Shown: positions 49,331 to 59,739, counted from the first letter of the stretch. The stretch: DNA of 64,000 bases from Dehalococcoidales bacterium (GCA_030690265.1 JAUYHA010000071.1:3998-67997), one strand, 5' to 3'. Made by a program: numbers and translations. The notes: a model not told the origin generated them from the letters alone.

Positions 49331-49413
49331 GGAGAGTCAAAGAGAGGCGAAGCCTCTCTTATATAAAAATCCCCCCTTCCCTTATTAAGGGAAGGGGGTC
49401 AGGGGGATAGGTT
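49331..49413. repeat. Right half of split A-B-A' element
   Basis: GGAGAGTCAAAGAGAGG (49331-49347), CGAAGCCTCTCT, CCCCCTTCCCTT..AAGGGAAGGGGG. Confidence 0.85.
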
Positions 49414-49519
49414 GTTAAATAACTCCACAAATAAGAAAGGAAATGTGTTAAACTGAGGGCATAGAAATTTTGGAGCAAGAAATTGAGTTATCCCACAATC
49501 AAAAGGTGGAGAAGCTATA

Positions 49520-50110
49520 ATGGGGATAAGAACCGCACTGGTCAAGCGAAAGACCAAAGAAACAAACATCAGCCTGGAGCTTAATCTTGATGGTAGCGGC
49601 CAATGGGAGGTAAATACCGGCATTAAGATGCTCGACCACTTCCTGGCTCAGGTGGCACAGCACGGCAGATTTGACATAAAACTTTCCGCTGCGGGTGATG
49701 ACCAGCACCACCTGGTAGAGGATGTTGCCATTTGCCTGGGGAAAGCTCTTAATCAGGCTTTAGGAGAGAAGCGAGGTATTATTCGTATGGCTGATGCTAG
49801 TGTGCCGATGGATGATGCTCTGGCTATGGTGGCAGTAGACATTAGCGGGCGGGCTTATACTGTACTGGAGCTACCCTTTAGTGATAATGATATGGCCGGA
49901 TTTTCCACCGACCTTATCCGCCACTTTCTGGAGACCTTTACCCTTGAAGCCAGGATTAATCTGCACGCCCGAATTGTTTATGGCACCAACGACCACCACA
50001 GGGCGGAGGCTCTGTTCAAAGCCCTGGGTAGAGCTTTGGACAGAGCTACCCGAACTGATGAGCGGATTGCCGGTCAGTTGCCGAGCACCAAGGAATCCTT
50101 AGGGGATTAA
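49520..50110 (+). CDS. hisB: Imidazoleglycerol-phosphate dehydratase
   Basis: [29 protein letters not shown]. Confidence 0.96.
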   Translation: MGIRTALVKRKTKETNISLELNLDGSGQWEVNTGIKMLDHFLAQVAQHGRFDIKLSAAGDDQHHLVEDVAICLGKALNQALGEKRGIIRMADASVPMDDALAMVAVDISGRAYTVLELPFSDNDMAGFSTDLIRHFLETFTLEARINLHARIVYGTNDHHRAEALFKALGRALDRATRTDERIAGQLPSTKESLGD

Positions 50111-50121
50111 TTTTCCCACGT

Positions 50122-51033
50122 TTATCCCAGTTTCTTACCTGTCAGCCTTTCGTAGGCTTCCCGATATCTCCTGGCGGTGGTTTCAATGACCTCCGGGGGT
50201 AAGGGTGGGGGCGGCGGCTCTTTATTCCAGCCTGACTGAACGAGCCAGCCGCGCACCGGCTGCTTGTCGTAGCTGGGTTGGGACTGTCCAACCTTGTAAT
50301 GCCTGGCGTCCCAGAAGCGAGACGAGTCCGGGGTCAGTAGTTCGTCAATAAGGATAAGCTCACCGTTGTCCAGCCCGAACTCCATCTTGGTGTCGGCAAT
50401 AATGATGTCTCTTTTCCTGGCATATTCCCGGGCATAGCTATAGATGGCAAGGCTTTTCTCTCTTATCTTTTCAGCCAGGGCTTTGCCTATCTGCCTCGTT
50501 ATATCATCTATGCTCATAGGCAAGTCGTGCCCGCTCTTTGCCTTGGTGGTGGGGGTAAACATAGGCTGGGGGAATTCCTGGCTCTCCAGTAAGCTTTTAG
50601 GTAGAGGGGCGCCGGAAACAGTGCCTGATTCCTGATATTCTGTCCAGGCTGAACCGGAAAGATAACCGCGAACCACGCATTCAACAGGGATGCGCTCCAC
50701 CTTCTTCACAATCATTGACCGTCCCGCCAGATATGAAGGATAGCCAGAACTACTTTTGCCGAGGTATGAGTCAAGAGTGCGAACATCATCGACTACTTCT
50801 ATCAGGTGGTTGGGCATCAGGTGTCCGGTCTTTTCAAACCAGAAGGCGGAAAGCTGGTTAAGCACTCGGCCCTTATCTGGAATACCTGGGGACAGGACTA
50901 CATCAAAGGCTGAAATTCGGTCAGTGGCAACGATGAGCAGCTGGTTACCCAGGTCGTAGGTGTCCCGCACTTTACCCTGTATAAATAATGGCAGCGACAG
51001 GTTGGTATTTGTCAGAACTGACTGTGTGAACAT
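50122..51033 (-). CDS. purC: SAICAR synthase
   Basis: GKVRD, TDRISAFD, ECVVRGYL.GS, ADTKMEFG, LTPDSSRFW. Confidence 0.96.
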   Translation of the reverse strand: MFTQSVLTNTNLSLPLFIQGKVRDTYDLGNQLLIVATDRISAFDVVLSPGIPDKGRVLNQLSAFWFEKTGHLMPNHLIEVVDDVRTLDSYLGKSSSGYPSYLAGRSMIVKKVERIPVECVVRGYLSGSAWTEYQESGTVSGAPLPKSLLESQEFPQPMFTPTTKAKSGHDLPMSIDDITRQIGKALAEKIREKSLAIYSYAREYARKRDIIIADTKMEFGLDNGELILIDELLTPDSSRFWDARHYKVGQSQPSYDKQPVRGWLVQSGWNKEPPPPPLPPEVIETTARRYREAYERLTGKKLG

Positions 51034-51083
51034 ATTAAAACTATACCACAAACTTTACTATTCTATTTACCCGTATAGTCTTA

Positions 51084-52148
51084 TCACTCACGCCGGTTCG
51101 GTTCTCTCCAGATTTTCCCATCCCAGGTTTTGAGGTAAACCGCTCCGGCATCTCTTTGAACAATCGTTTCCGGGTTCATCGGAACCTTGCCATAGGGGGT
51201 ATCAAGTAAATATACGGGAACGGAAAAGCCCGTGGTATACCCCCTCAGCGATTGGATGATTTCAATCCCTTTTTCAACCGGGGTGATGAAATGAGATGTG
51301 CCCTTTAGAGTCTGAGCTTGATAGATATAATAGGGGCGAACCCTGAACCGCACCAGGCCCTGCACAAGGGCTTTCATAACCTGAGGGTCATCATTAATTC
51401 CGCGAAGCAGTACAGACTGGTTTCCCAGGGGGATACCGGCGTTAGCCAGGCGTTCACAGGCAATCCGGGCTTCCTCTGTCAGCTCCTTGGGGTGGTTAAA
51501 CTGGGTATTGAGCCAGAGAGGGTGATATTTCTTCAGGATACGGCACAGTTTTTCGGTAATTCTCTGCGGCAGGGTGCAGGGAGTCCTGGAGCCAATCCTG
51601 ACAATCTCAACATGCCGAATGGTACGAAGGCGAGCTAAAATTTCGTCTATAAACTCGTCGGGATACATGAGGGGGTCACCGCCGGTGAGCAGGACATCTC
51701 GAATCTCGGGGGTTCGGGCGATATACTCCAGTGCTGCTTTCTGAGCTTCCCCGGAGAAGTCAAAATGCTCGCGCCCTACCATCCGTTTGCGCAGGCAGTG
51801 ACGGCACAGTACCGGGCAGATATTGGAGATAGTCCAGGCAATGCGGTCAGGATAGACTTTAATGATATTGGGGGCAGGATTATGTTTCTCCTCCTCCAGC
51901 GGGTCCATCACTCCGGAATTATCATGTAATTCTTTCTCCTGAGGAACGGCTTGCAGGCGGATTGGACAGTTGCGGTCATCAGGGTCTATCAGGCTGGCAT
52001 AGTAAGGGGTGATATGCCAGCTGAATTCGGCTTCAGCTAATTTTATCCCGCATTCCTCCCGGCTATCAAGGTGGAGGTATTCTTTCAGTTCCCCGGTAGA
52101 GCGGATACTTTTTCTAACCTGCCATTTCCAGCTATCTCTTTGCTCCAT
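51084..52148 (-). CDS. KamA-family radical SAM aminomutase
   Basis: ITPYY, CPVLCRHC, VLLTGGDP, RIGSR, NHPKE, NQSVLL.GIND, PYY, GKVP. Confidence 0.9.
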   Translation of the reverse strand: MEQRDSWKWQVRKSIRSTGELKEYLHLDSREECGIKLAEAEFSWHITPYYASLIDPDDRNCPIRLQAVPQEKELHDNSGVMDPLEEEKHNPAPNIIKVYPDRIAWTISNICPVLCRHCLRKRMVGREHFDFSGEAQKAALEYIARTPEIRDVLLTGGDPLMYPDEFIDEILARLRTIRHVEIVRIGSRTPCTLPQRITEKLCRILKKYHPLWLNTQFNHPKELTEEARIACERLANAGIPLGNQSVLLRGINDDPQVMKALVQGLVRFRVRPYYIYQAQTLKGTSHFITPVEKGIEIIQSLRGYTTGFSVPVYLLDTPYGKVPMNPETIVQRDAGAVYLKTWDGKIWREPNRRE

Positions 52149-52159
52149 AATACTTTTTC

Positions 52160-53173
52160 TCAGGGGAAAGCTTTTGCTGACCTCGCCAGGGCGTTCCTGA
52201 CCAGTATTTCAATTAATTCTTCCGGGTTAATACCTGCTGCTTCAGCCTGTTTCGGGAAGACACTGTATAATGGTGACAGCCCCGGCAAGGGATTGATTTC
52301 AAGGAAGTAGATAATGCCGTCCTCTCCCCGGCGAAAATCAATCCTCGCCAGGTCGCGGCAGTGCAGGGTATTAAACAGACGGTGGGAGTAGCCCTGTATT
52401 TGACGGGTAACATCTTGCGGAATATCGGCAGGACAGATGATTTCCTTCCGGTGAGTGCTTTTCATCTCGTAAGAATAAAAAGCTTCCGGATCCCCTCCGT
52501 CCAGTCTTAACTCGGCAACAGGCAGGCACTTTAAGGAACCTGTCTCAAGCAGTCCGGCATCGAATTCCCGTCCCGGGATAAACTTCTCAACCAGCACGGA
52601 GTCCTGGCAGGATTCCAGAATCCAGTTACTCTCGCTGAGTAAAGCTTCAAAAGACGCCACCCGGGCGGATTGCCTGATTCCCTGGCTAGAACCGCCGGTA
52701 ACCGGTTTGACGAAAAGAGGGTAGCCGAGAGCTTCTATATCGGCCTGTTTTTTATCCAGTTCCGAAGAGTAATCAATTCGAACAAATGGGGATGTCGGAA
52801 TGCCATTATGACTGGCAATCACTTTGGTCAGATACTTGTCAACGGATAAGCCGAGTCCGACAGCATCTGTCCCGGTGTACGGTATTCCCAGTGCTTCAGC
52901 CACTGCCGGAACAAGGGATTCCCGGTTGCGTCCTCCGGTGGCTTCGGTGATATTAAAAATGACATCCACATTGGTGTTGATAAGTTTTATCAGGCTTTCT
53001 CTGCCCCAGGGGAGTTTGATAACCTCCCCCAGCTTGCTGAGACAGTGATGTATCCAGTCAAGCGTCTCGGAATCCTCGTATTCACACGAAATAGACTCGA
53101 CACCCATAGCCTGATTATTCACTGGATTATCGTAGGCAAAGCCTATTATTAGTTTTGATGAACTGCCAGTCAT
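52160..53173 (-). CDS. D-Ala-D-Ala ligase-like ATP-grasp protein
   Basis: VIFNITE, GIPYTG, DKYLTK, FVKP..GSSQGI, EKFIPGRE, RIDFR, LEINPLPG. Confidence 0.88.
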   Translation of the reverse strand: MTGSSSKLIIGFAYDNPVNNQAMGVESISCEYEDSETLDWIHHCLSKLGEVIKLPWGRESLIKLINTNVDVIFNITEATGGRNRESLVPAVAEALGIPYTGTDAVGLGLSVDKYLTKVIASHNGIPTSPFVRIDYSSELDKKQADIEALGYPLFVKPVTGGSSQGIRQSARVASFEALLSESNWILESCQDSVLVEKFIPGREFDAGLLETGSLKCLPVAELRLDGGDPEAFYSYEMKSTHRKEIICPADIPQDVTRQIQGYSHRLFNTLHCRDLARIDFRRGEDGIIYFLEINPLPGLSPLYSVFPKQAEAAGINPEELIEILVRNALARSAKAFP

Positions 53174-53256
53174 TACCGATAAGCTCCATTTTAATAGTAG
53201 CATATAGTAGCATGTCGTCTTTGACATCTCAAGTTAAAGCTGGTAATTTTTATGCA

Positions 53257-53766
53257 ATGAAGAAAACCATCGCAGGGGCAACTATAGCCTTCCGCTGGAG
53301 CTATATTCTGCTGCCACTTGTCATTTTTCTCCTCTCGCTGGCTATTATCTTCTTTTTCTATCCTCGTTTGCCCGGCGAGATAGCCTATCATTTTGAAGCT
53401 GGTTTGCCGGACAGGTGGCTGAGGCGTACTGCCATCGTCCTCTGGATGCTCTTGCCCCAGCTTTTCTTCACCCTGCTGGCTGGAGCCGTCACCTGGGGTG
53501 TAACCAGGCTGGCTGCCCTGTTCAAACAGAGGGAAACTCCGGTGATTAAGCCGGAGAGAATCATATTAATTATGGGTAATATGGTTGCCCTGCCCCAAAC
53601 CATCCTCGCCTTTGCTATGCTGGATATTTTCATCTACAATTCATACCGGATACGCCTGCTACCTCTGTGGCTATTTGCCCTGATTGTCATGGGATTAGGT
53701 GGCATAATTCTGGGGGCATTTTTTATCAGCGCCGTAAGGCGGGCCTGGGGAATTAGCAAGGAGTGA
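53257..53766 (+). CDS. DUF1648-like membrane protein
   Basis: [17 protein letters not shown] plus four TM helices. Confidence 0.75.
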   Translation: MKKTIAGATIAFRWSYILLPLVIFLLSLAIIFFFYPRLPGEIAYHFEAGLPDRWLRRTAIVLWMLLPQLFFTLLAGAVTWGVTRLAALFKQRETPVIKPERIILIMGNMVALPQTILAFAMLDIFIYNSYRIRLLPLWLFALIVMGLGGIILGAFFISAVRRAWGISKE

Positions 53767-53770
53767 TATA

Positions 53771-55144
53771 TTGACAGAAAAGAGACCAGCTAAAGTTGAC
53801 ATGGAAAAGATTGTTTCTCTCTGCCGACGGCGGGGTTTCATTTTCCCTTCCAGTGAAATCTACGGCGGGCTTCAGAGCTGTTGGGACTACGGGCCTTTGG
53901 GGGTGGAGCTGAAGCGGAATGTCAAGGAAGCCTGGTGGCGGGCAAATGTCCAGGAGCGGGATGATATTGCCGGCTTTGATGCCAGTATCCTGATGCATCC
54001 CCGGGTCTGGGAAGCCAGCGGCCACCTGGAAGGGTTTAATGACCCGATGGTGGACTGCAAGAACTGCCATCTGAGGTACCGGGCTGACGAGCTTGAAAGT
54101 GACAGGTGTCCTGCCTGTGGAGGTGAACTGACCGAGCCCCGCCAGTTTAACCTGATGTTCAGGACCTTTATGGGGCCTGTCGAGGACGATGCCAGCGTGG
54201 TCTACCTCCGCCCCGAGACAGCCCAGGGCATGTTTGTTAACTTCCAGAATGTGCTCAATACCACCAGAAAGAGGCTACCCTTCGGCATCGCCCAGATAGG
54301 CAAAGCCTTTCGCAACGAGATTACCACCGGCAACTTCATCTTCCGCAGTCGCGAATTCGAGCAGATGGAGATTGAGTTTTTTGTCAGGCCGGGCACGGAT
54401 GAAAAATGGTTTGACTACTGGCTTGATGAGCGTCTTAACTGGTATGCTAGGCTGGGTATAAATAAAGAGCACCTCCGCCCTAGAGAGCACGGTAAAGAAG
54501 AACTCTCCCATTATTCCCGGCGGACGGTTGACATCAACTACCTCTTCCCCATGGGCTGGGCAGAGCTGGAGGGTATCGCCAACCGGGGGGACTTCGACCT
54601 CACCCAGCACGCCAGGTTCAGCGGCAAAGACCTGAGTTACTTTGATGAAGAGACCAAAGAGCATATAGTCCCTTATGTAATCGAGCCGTCGGCCGGGGTC
54701 GACCGCCCGGTGCTGGCTTTCCTCTGCGACGCCTACGATGAGGAGCAAGACAAGGATGAAATAAGGGTGGTGCTCCGCTTTCACCCCTCCCTTGCCCCCT
54801 ACAAGGCAGCAATCCTGCCCCTGAGCCGGCGCGAGCCGCTGGTTAAGATGGCTAATGATGTTTACGCCGGACTGCGCCGGTGCTGGATGGTAAGCTATGA
54901 CGATGCCCAGAGCATCGGCCGCCGTTACCGGCGCCAGGATGAGATTGGCACCCCTTTCTGTATCACCATCGACTTCCAATCGCTGGAAGATAACCAGGTG
55001 ACCATCCGTGAGCGGGACAGCATGAACCAGATACGAATCCCCATCGCCGAACTCCAGAAAAGCCTCGCCGCCAAACTCTCCGGCGAAGACATCCTTGTCC
55101 TGCCCGAAGGCGGGCAGGTGTGGAAGGTGGAGAGAGAGGGATAG
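53771..55144 (+). CDS. glyQS: Glycine--tRNA ligase (alpha2 type)
   Basis: [39 protein letters not shown]. Confidence 0.96.
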   Translation: MTEKRPAKVDMEKIVSLCRRRGFIFPSSEIYGGLQSCWDYGPLGVELKRNVKEAWWRANVQERDDIAGFDASILMHPRVWEASGHLEGFNDPMVDCKNCHLRYRADELESDRCPACGGELTEPRQFNLMFRTFMGPVEDDASVVYLRPETAQGMFVNFQNVLNTTRKRLPFGIAQIGKAFRNEITTGNFIFRSREFEQMEIEFFVRPGTDEKWFDYWLDERLNWYARLGINKEHLRPREHGKEELSHYSRRTVDINYLFPMGWAELEGIANRGDFDLTQHARFSGKDLSYFDEETKEHIVPYVIEPSAGVDRPVLAFLCDAYDEEQDKDEIRVVLRFHPSLAPYKAAILPLSRREPLVKMANDVYAGLRRCWMVSYDDAQSIGRRYRRQDEIGTPFCITIDFQSLEDNQVTIRERDSMNQIRIPIAELQKSLAAKLSGEDILVLPEGGQVWKVEREG

Positions 55145-55146
55145 TT

Positions 55147-55656
55147 ATGAGACGATTGGCTACCATAATAATACTTACCACGGCTCTGACGCTAACTTTT
55201 GGATGCGGCCCGGTAGCAACAGGGCAACCTGATGACCTAACCTACGGTCCGGGTGGTTTTACCTATAAAGCTAACTTCCAGCAGCAGGGGGTGAGGAATC
55301 CCTGGCCTCCGATTATCAGCAAGGATGTGGTTCTGGCGGACAATATCACCATCAGTTACCGGGCTGAGATAGAAACCAGAGCAGGGGAAATCAGAAATAA
55401 TATTGTTGCAGCCAGGAAAGCAGGAGGAGGCCACGAAAATCCTGAGTTAAATCTCTCGGTTAGTAATGTGCCTGCTGGTATAGAAGTCAAGGAAGGGGAG
55501 GAGGGCGGTGGGCTCCCCGGGACGGTTAAACATTTGCTTATCATTGAAATTTCAAAAGATGTTAAGCCCGGGGAATACACCTTTGATATTGGTATTGAGT
55601 TCAATGGAAAAGACTATGGGAAAATCCCCTGCACAATTAAGGTGGTGAAGAGTTAA
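55147..55656 (+). CDS. Orphan lipoprotein with Ig-like C-terminus
   Basis: Lipobox TFGC; DVKPGEYTF.I.I. Confidence 0.75.
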   Translation: MRRLATIIILTTALTLTFGCGPVATGQPDDLTYGPGGFTYKANFQQQGVRNPWPPIISKDVVLADNITISYRAEIETRAGEIRNNIVAARKAGGGHENPELNLSVSNVPAGIEVKEGEEGGGLPGTVKHLLIIEISKDVKPGEYTFDIGIEFNGKDYGKIPCTIKVVKS

Positions 55657-55672
55657 ACAAGCTCAGGACGTT

Positions 55673-55752
55673 TTAAGAGGGGGCTTCGCCCCTCTTTTAA
55701 TAGAATTCCCCCTCTCCTTCAAAGGAGAGGGGGATACAGGTGGATGGGGTTG
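55673..55752. repeat. B + A' hairpin element
   Basis: AAGAGGGGGCTTCGCCCCTCTT; CCCCCTCTCCTTCAAAGGAGAGGGGG. Confidence 0.85.
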
Positions 55753-55791
55753 GATAACCTTAAAGTTAATTGCTATTATAGAATATAGGCT

Positions 55792-56352
55792 ATGAAAGTG
55801 GTTTCAATTGTGGGGATGGCTGGAGCCGGTAAGTCTGAGGTTGCCGCCGTATTTGAGAATAACGGTTTTATCAAGATAAGGTTCGGCGATGTGACCGAGG
55901 AGGAAATAAGAGAGAGGGGTCTTGAGATAAACGAAGAAAACGAGCGCTATGTGCGGGAGCTTCTTCGCCGGGAGCAGGGGATGGATGCTTATGCCAGGCT
56001 GAACCTGCCTAGGATTGAGTCAGCCCTGAAACACTCGGATGTGGTCATTGACGGGCTTTATTCCTGGGAGGAGTATTCGTTTCTTAAGGCTCATTATGGC
56101 GCAGGCTTTTCCGTGGTAGCCGTCTGGTCATCACCGAAAACAAGGTATACCCGCTTAGCCGCCAGGGCATATCGGGGCCTTACCCTGGAGGAAGCCGCCA
56201 GCCGGGACAAAGCTGAAATTGAAAATGTGAACAAGGCCGGGCCGATTGCCGTGGCTGACTTCACCATCATCAATGAAGCTTCTCTGGAAGAGCTGAGGGG
56301 GGAGGCGAAAAAGGTTATCTCAAGATTAAAATGGCAAAACAGAAAAAAATAG
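55792..56352 (+). CDS. P-loop kinase (UPF0200/dephospho-CoA kinase-like)
   Basis: GMAGAGKS, VVIDG, RD..E, ADFTIIN. Confidence 0.75.
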   Translation: MKVVSIVGMAGAGKSEVAAVFENNGFIKIRFGDVTEEEIRERGLEINEENERYVRELLRREQGMDAYARLNLPRIESALKHSDVVIDGLYSWEEYSFLKAHYGAGFSVVAVWSSPKTRYTRLAARAYRGLTLEEAASRDKAEIENVNKAGPIAVADFTIINEASLEELRGEAKKVISRLKWQNRKK

Positions 56353-56822
56353 AAAGAATAAGTGCTGACGAGTATTTTCTGAAGATAGCTTCAGTGGTGG
56401 CTGAGCGGGCAACCTGCCGCCGGCATAATGTCGGTGCCATAGCCGTCAGAGACAAACACATATTGGCTACCGGCTACAATGGAGCTCCATCCGGGCAGAA
56501 AGATTGCCTTGAGCTTGGCTGCTTGAGAGACGAGCTGGGTATACCCTCGGGAGAAAGACACGAAATATGCCGCGGTGTTCACGCCGAGCAGAATGTAATC
56601 ATTCAATCTTCTCTCCACGGCATCAGCCTTGAAAGAAGCACTGTTTACTGCACCCATACCCCCTGTGTACTCTGCGCCAAGATGCTGGTTAACGCCGGGA
56701 TAAAGCGCTTTGTCAGCTACGGCACCTATAATGACCGTGAGTTTTTAGACCTGTTCAAGGAAGCCGGTATAGAGATTGACATCAAGGAAAGACCTTCATC
56801 CCGGATAAAATACCTGGACTAG
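56331..56822 (+). CDS. dCMP deaminase
   Basis: TGYNG, HAEQN, PCVLC. Confidence 0.92.
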   Translation: MAKQKKIERISADEYFLKIASVVAERATCRRHNVGAIAVRDKHILATGYNGAPSGQKDCLELGCLRDELGIPSGERHEICRGVHAEQNVIIQSSLHGISLERSTVYCTHTPCVLCAKMLVNAGIKRFVSYGTYNDREFLDLFKEAGIEIDIKERPSSRIKYLD

Positions 56823-56836
56823 TACTCATTGACTAT

Positions 56837-57352
56837 TCACTCTACATTTTCTCCGTGATAGGCCCCGCGATAGCCTTCTGTCTCCCCGGTCAGCTGGAAG
56901 AAAACAAGCTGGGTAATGCTGGCATTCTTCTGCAGGCGGAATCCCTGGGGATTATGGACCACCATAAGAGACTGGGAGCGGCCGGAGTAGCCGGCATCCC
57001 ATACCGCCGTACCGATACTAACTCCACAGCGAAGCAGACTGGACCTGGGTCTGCCTAACGCCATGATATTGTCGGGCAGGTGGACAATCTCATTGTAGGT
57101 AATGATAAAAGCGCCGGGCGCCAGGTCAATAAAGCCTGCCTCGTTAAATACCAGCGGGGTCAGCTCAGAGACCATCCTCTGACTGTTATGCTGGCCTATT
57201 CTGCCCGCCGTCCGGAGCATGGCTATGTCACGGAGGCTAAGGTCAAACCCGTTGGGCTGAAGTTGTGCCTCAAGGTCAATGTAGCCCTCTATCAAAGGAG
57301 GCTTTTGCTCTATTAGTCTGAGAATATCTTGCCTGGCTAAAACTGCTGTCAT
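56837..57352 (-). CDS. dUTPase (archaeal/dCTP deaminase fold)
   Basis: QPNGFDL, PRSSLLR, WDAGYSG, QLVF, YRGAY. Confidence 0.88.
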   Translation of the reverse strand: MTAVLARQDILRLIEQKPPLIEGYIDLEAQLQPNGFDLSLRDIAMLRTAGRIGQHNSQRMVSELTPLVFNEAGFIDLAPGAFIITYNEIVHLPDNIMALGRPRSSLLRCGVSIGTAVWDAGYSGRSQSLMVVHNPQGFRLQKNASITQLVFFQLTGETEGYRGAYHGENVE

Positions 57353-57401
57353 ACTTATCCTAAGTATAGCATTTCTCCTCTTTAAGAAATAGTAATTCCT
57401 T

Positions 57402-57536
57402 TGTCATTGCGAGCCATTCGTAGAAGGCGAAGCAATCTATATGAATTAATCCATCCAGATTGCCACGTCGTCCTTCCAGGGAAGGACTCCTCGCAATGAC
57501 AGGTGAACTTCTACGGGCTTTGCCCTCGCAATGACA
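57402..57536. repeat. GTCATTGCGAG palindrome with two right arms
   Basis: CTCGCAATGACA occurs twice; ends match 3862-3983. Confidence 0.85.
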
Positions 57537-57684
57537 TATTGCTAAATGACCTCACAATGGCTTCTGCAGGTTATTGTTATATCCCCGCTATTGTGTTATA
57601 TTAGCTTACGATTACATGCCTGATTCAGATGTTATTGTCAGCCTCGCCTCTGAAAAAATTTCTTGATTTGAAAACTAGGAGGGT

Positions 57685-59739
57685 TTGTTTATGTCCGCAA
57701 CCAACATAACCTATTTCGGCTTCATTCCCGGCTATGTGATTTTCTGGGGAGTAACCCTGCTTGCAGCAGGGTTTTTTCTGAACCGTATCTTTCAACTCCG
57801 GCGGTATATGTTCCTGGGGAAGAAGCCGGCGGGCTTTGGTGAGACACTCAAACGAGGCTTTGATAGTTTCTGGATTTCACTGACCCAGTGGTGCCAGCTC
57901 AAAAACCTGACTGCTAAGGATAGAGCCAGCATCGGTCATGCCCTTATGTTCTGGGGCTTTGTTACCTTTGTTTTCTTTTATTTCCTGTTTATCATCCTCG
58001 GTGCCGGCTTTGGCCTTTCCGAGTCTTTGGAGCACACCAGGTTTTTCTTTTACTATGCCTGGGTAATGGATATTATGGCTGTCCTGGTGGTGACCGGAGC
58101 AGGCTGGGGCATCATCCGCCGCTATGTGGTCAGGCCGGAACGGCTCGCTACCGAGCGCACTTTCGAAGCTATAGTTATCCTGGGCAGCGTCTTTTTCCAC
58201 CCCATTACCCACCTCTTTAAGGAAGCAACCAGCATCGCTCTGGGGCACCCGCCGGTCGGTCTGGGAGCAGCCCTGCCGCCGGTAAGTTCAGCCCTGAGTA
58301 GTATCTTCAGCGGTAGCCCGGTAGGTACGGTAGAGACAGCCAGTATCTGGTTTTTCTGGGCGCACTGGCTGACCGTGCTCTTTGTCCTGGTGATTATCCC
58401 CTACACAAGGTATTTCCATGTTATGGCAGCGCCAATCAATATCTTCTTTAAAGCGGCGCCACCAAAGGGTGTCCTGAGCAAGATTGATATTGAGACGGCG
58501 GAGAACTTCGGCCTTTCCCGGATTACCGACCTCACCTGGAAGCAAATCCTCGACCTCTATACCTGTGTCATCTGTAATAACTGCCAGGAGCAGTGCCCGG
58601 CTACGGCTACCGGTAAGCCTCTCAACCCGCGTAAGATAATTCAGGACCTGAAGATGCAGCTTCTTGATGTGGCACCGCGGCTGATTAAAGCCAAGGATGA
58701 CGCAGCGATTGCCGAAATCAACCCGGAGAATTCGGTAGCCGGCAAGGTCCTGGCCGAAGATGAAGTATGGGCGTGCACTACCTGCCGGGCGTGCGATGAG
58801 GTATGTCCGCTCTGGGTGGAGCATATTGATAAGATTGTTGAGGCTCGGCGGAACCTGGTTATGGAGCAGTCGAATATACCCGAAACTGCGGAGGGGGCAC
58901 TGCGCAGTATCGAGGACCGGGGCCATCCCTGGCGGGGTACGACAGCCACCCGGACGGACTGGACGGAAGGGCTCGATGTAAAGACTCTGGCTGATGACAG
59001 TGATGTGGATGTGCTTTACTGGGTCGGCTGCACTTCGGCACTGGAAGAAAGGAGCACGAGGGTGGCACGGGCAGTGGCAAAGGTGCTCCAATCTGCCGGG
59101 GTTAAATTTGGTATTCTGGGTGATGAAGAGAGCTGCTGCGGTGACCCGGCTCGCCGCCTGGGCAACGAGTACCTGTTCCAGATGGTAGCGGAGAGCAACA
59201 TAGAAATACTGAAGAGATACAATATCAAAGAGATAGTTACTTCCTGCCCCCATTGCTACCAGGTTATCAAGAATGAATATCCTCAGTTCGGCGGTAACTT
59301 TGAGGTAACTCACCACACCGAGTTTATCGCCCAGCTCTTCGAGGAAAAGAAGCTTAGCCTGGTGAAGGGGCCGAGCGGTACGGTCACCTACCACGACTCC
59401 TGCTATCTGGGCAGATACAACGATATTTACCGACAGCCAAGAGAAATACTTGGCAATATGCCCGGAGTTAGAGTGGTGGAGATGGAAAACAACCGGAGCC
59501 GGAGTTTCTGCTGTGGCGGTGGGGGTGGACGGATGTGGCTTGAGGAGCGAATCGGCACCAGAATCAGCGAACAGAGAACGGAAGAAGCCATCAAAGCCGG
59601 GGCGGAGATAATTGCTACCGCCTGCCCCTTCTGCCTGCAGATGTTTGATGATGCTCTAAAGGCTAAGGGAGTGGCGGAGAAGATGAAAGTCAAAGACCTG
59701 GCTGAGCTTGTCGCCGAGTCTGAACTCTATCAGCCCTGA
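57685..59739 (+). CDS. Membrane Fe-S oxidoreductase (FadF/HdrD-like)
   Basis: TM domain, CVICNNCQEQCP, CTTCRACDEVCP, two CCG domains. Confidence 0.92.
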   Translation: MFMSATNITYFGFIPGYVIFWGVTLLAAGFFLNRIFQLRRYMFLGKKPAGFGETLKRGFDSFWISLTQWCQLKNLTAKDRASIGHALMFWGFVTFVFFYFLFIILGAGFGLSESLEHTRFFFYYAWVMDIMAVLVVTGAGWGIIRRYVVRPERLATERTFEAIVILGSVFFHPITHLFKEATSIALGHPPVGLGAALPPVSSALSSIFSGSPVGTVETASIWFFWAHWLTVLFVLVIIPYTRYFHVMAAPINIFFKAAPPKGVLSKIDIETAENFGLSRITDLTWKQILDLYTCVICNNCQEQCPATATGKPLNPRKIIQDLKMQLLDVAPRLIKAKDDAAIAEINPENSVAGKVLAEDEVWACTTCRACDEVCPLWVEHIDKIVEARRNLVMEQSNIPETAEGALRSIEDRGHPWRGTTATRTDWTEGLDVKTLADDSDVDVLYWVGCTSALEERSTRVARAVAKVLQSAGVKFGILGDEESCCGDPARRLGNEYLFQMVAESNIEILKRYNIKEIVTSCPHCYQVIKNEYPQFGGNFEVTHHTEFIAQLFEEKKLSLVKGPSGTVTYHDSCYLGRYNDIYRQPREILGNMPGVRVVEMENNRSRSFCCGGGGGRMWLEERIGTRISEQRTEEAIKAGAEIIATACPFCLQMFDDALKAKGVAEKMKVKDLAELVAESELYQP

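Noticed and set aside
46070-49413. Classical integron
   Set aside because: No tyrosine recombinase and no convincing attC sites
49452-49520. Relic gene 3' end ([19 protein letters not shown]-stop) abutting hisB
   Set aside because: Only 22 codons between stops; cannot be told from chance
58288-59394. 368-aa antisense ORF, and similar shadows such as 153-728 and 54275-54979
   Set aside because: Opposite well-supported genes; no motifs
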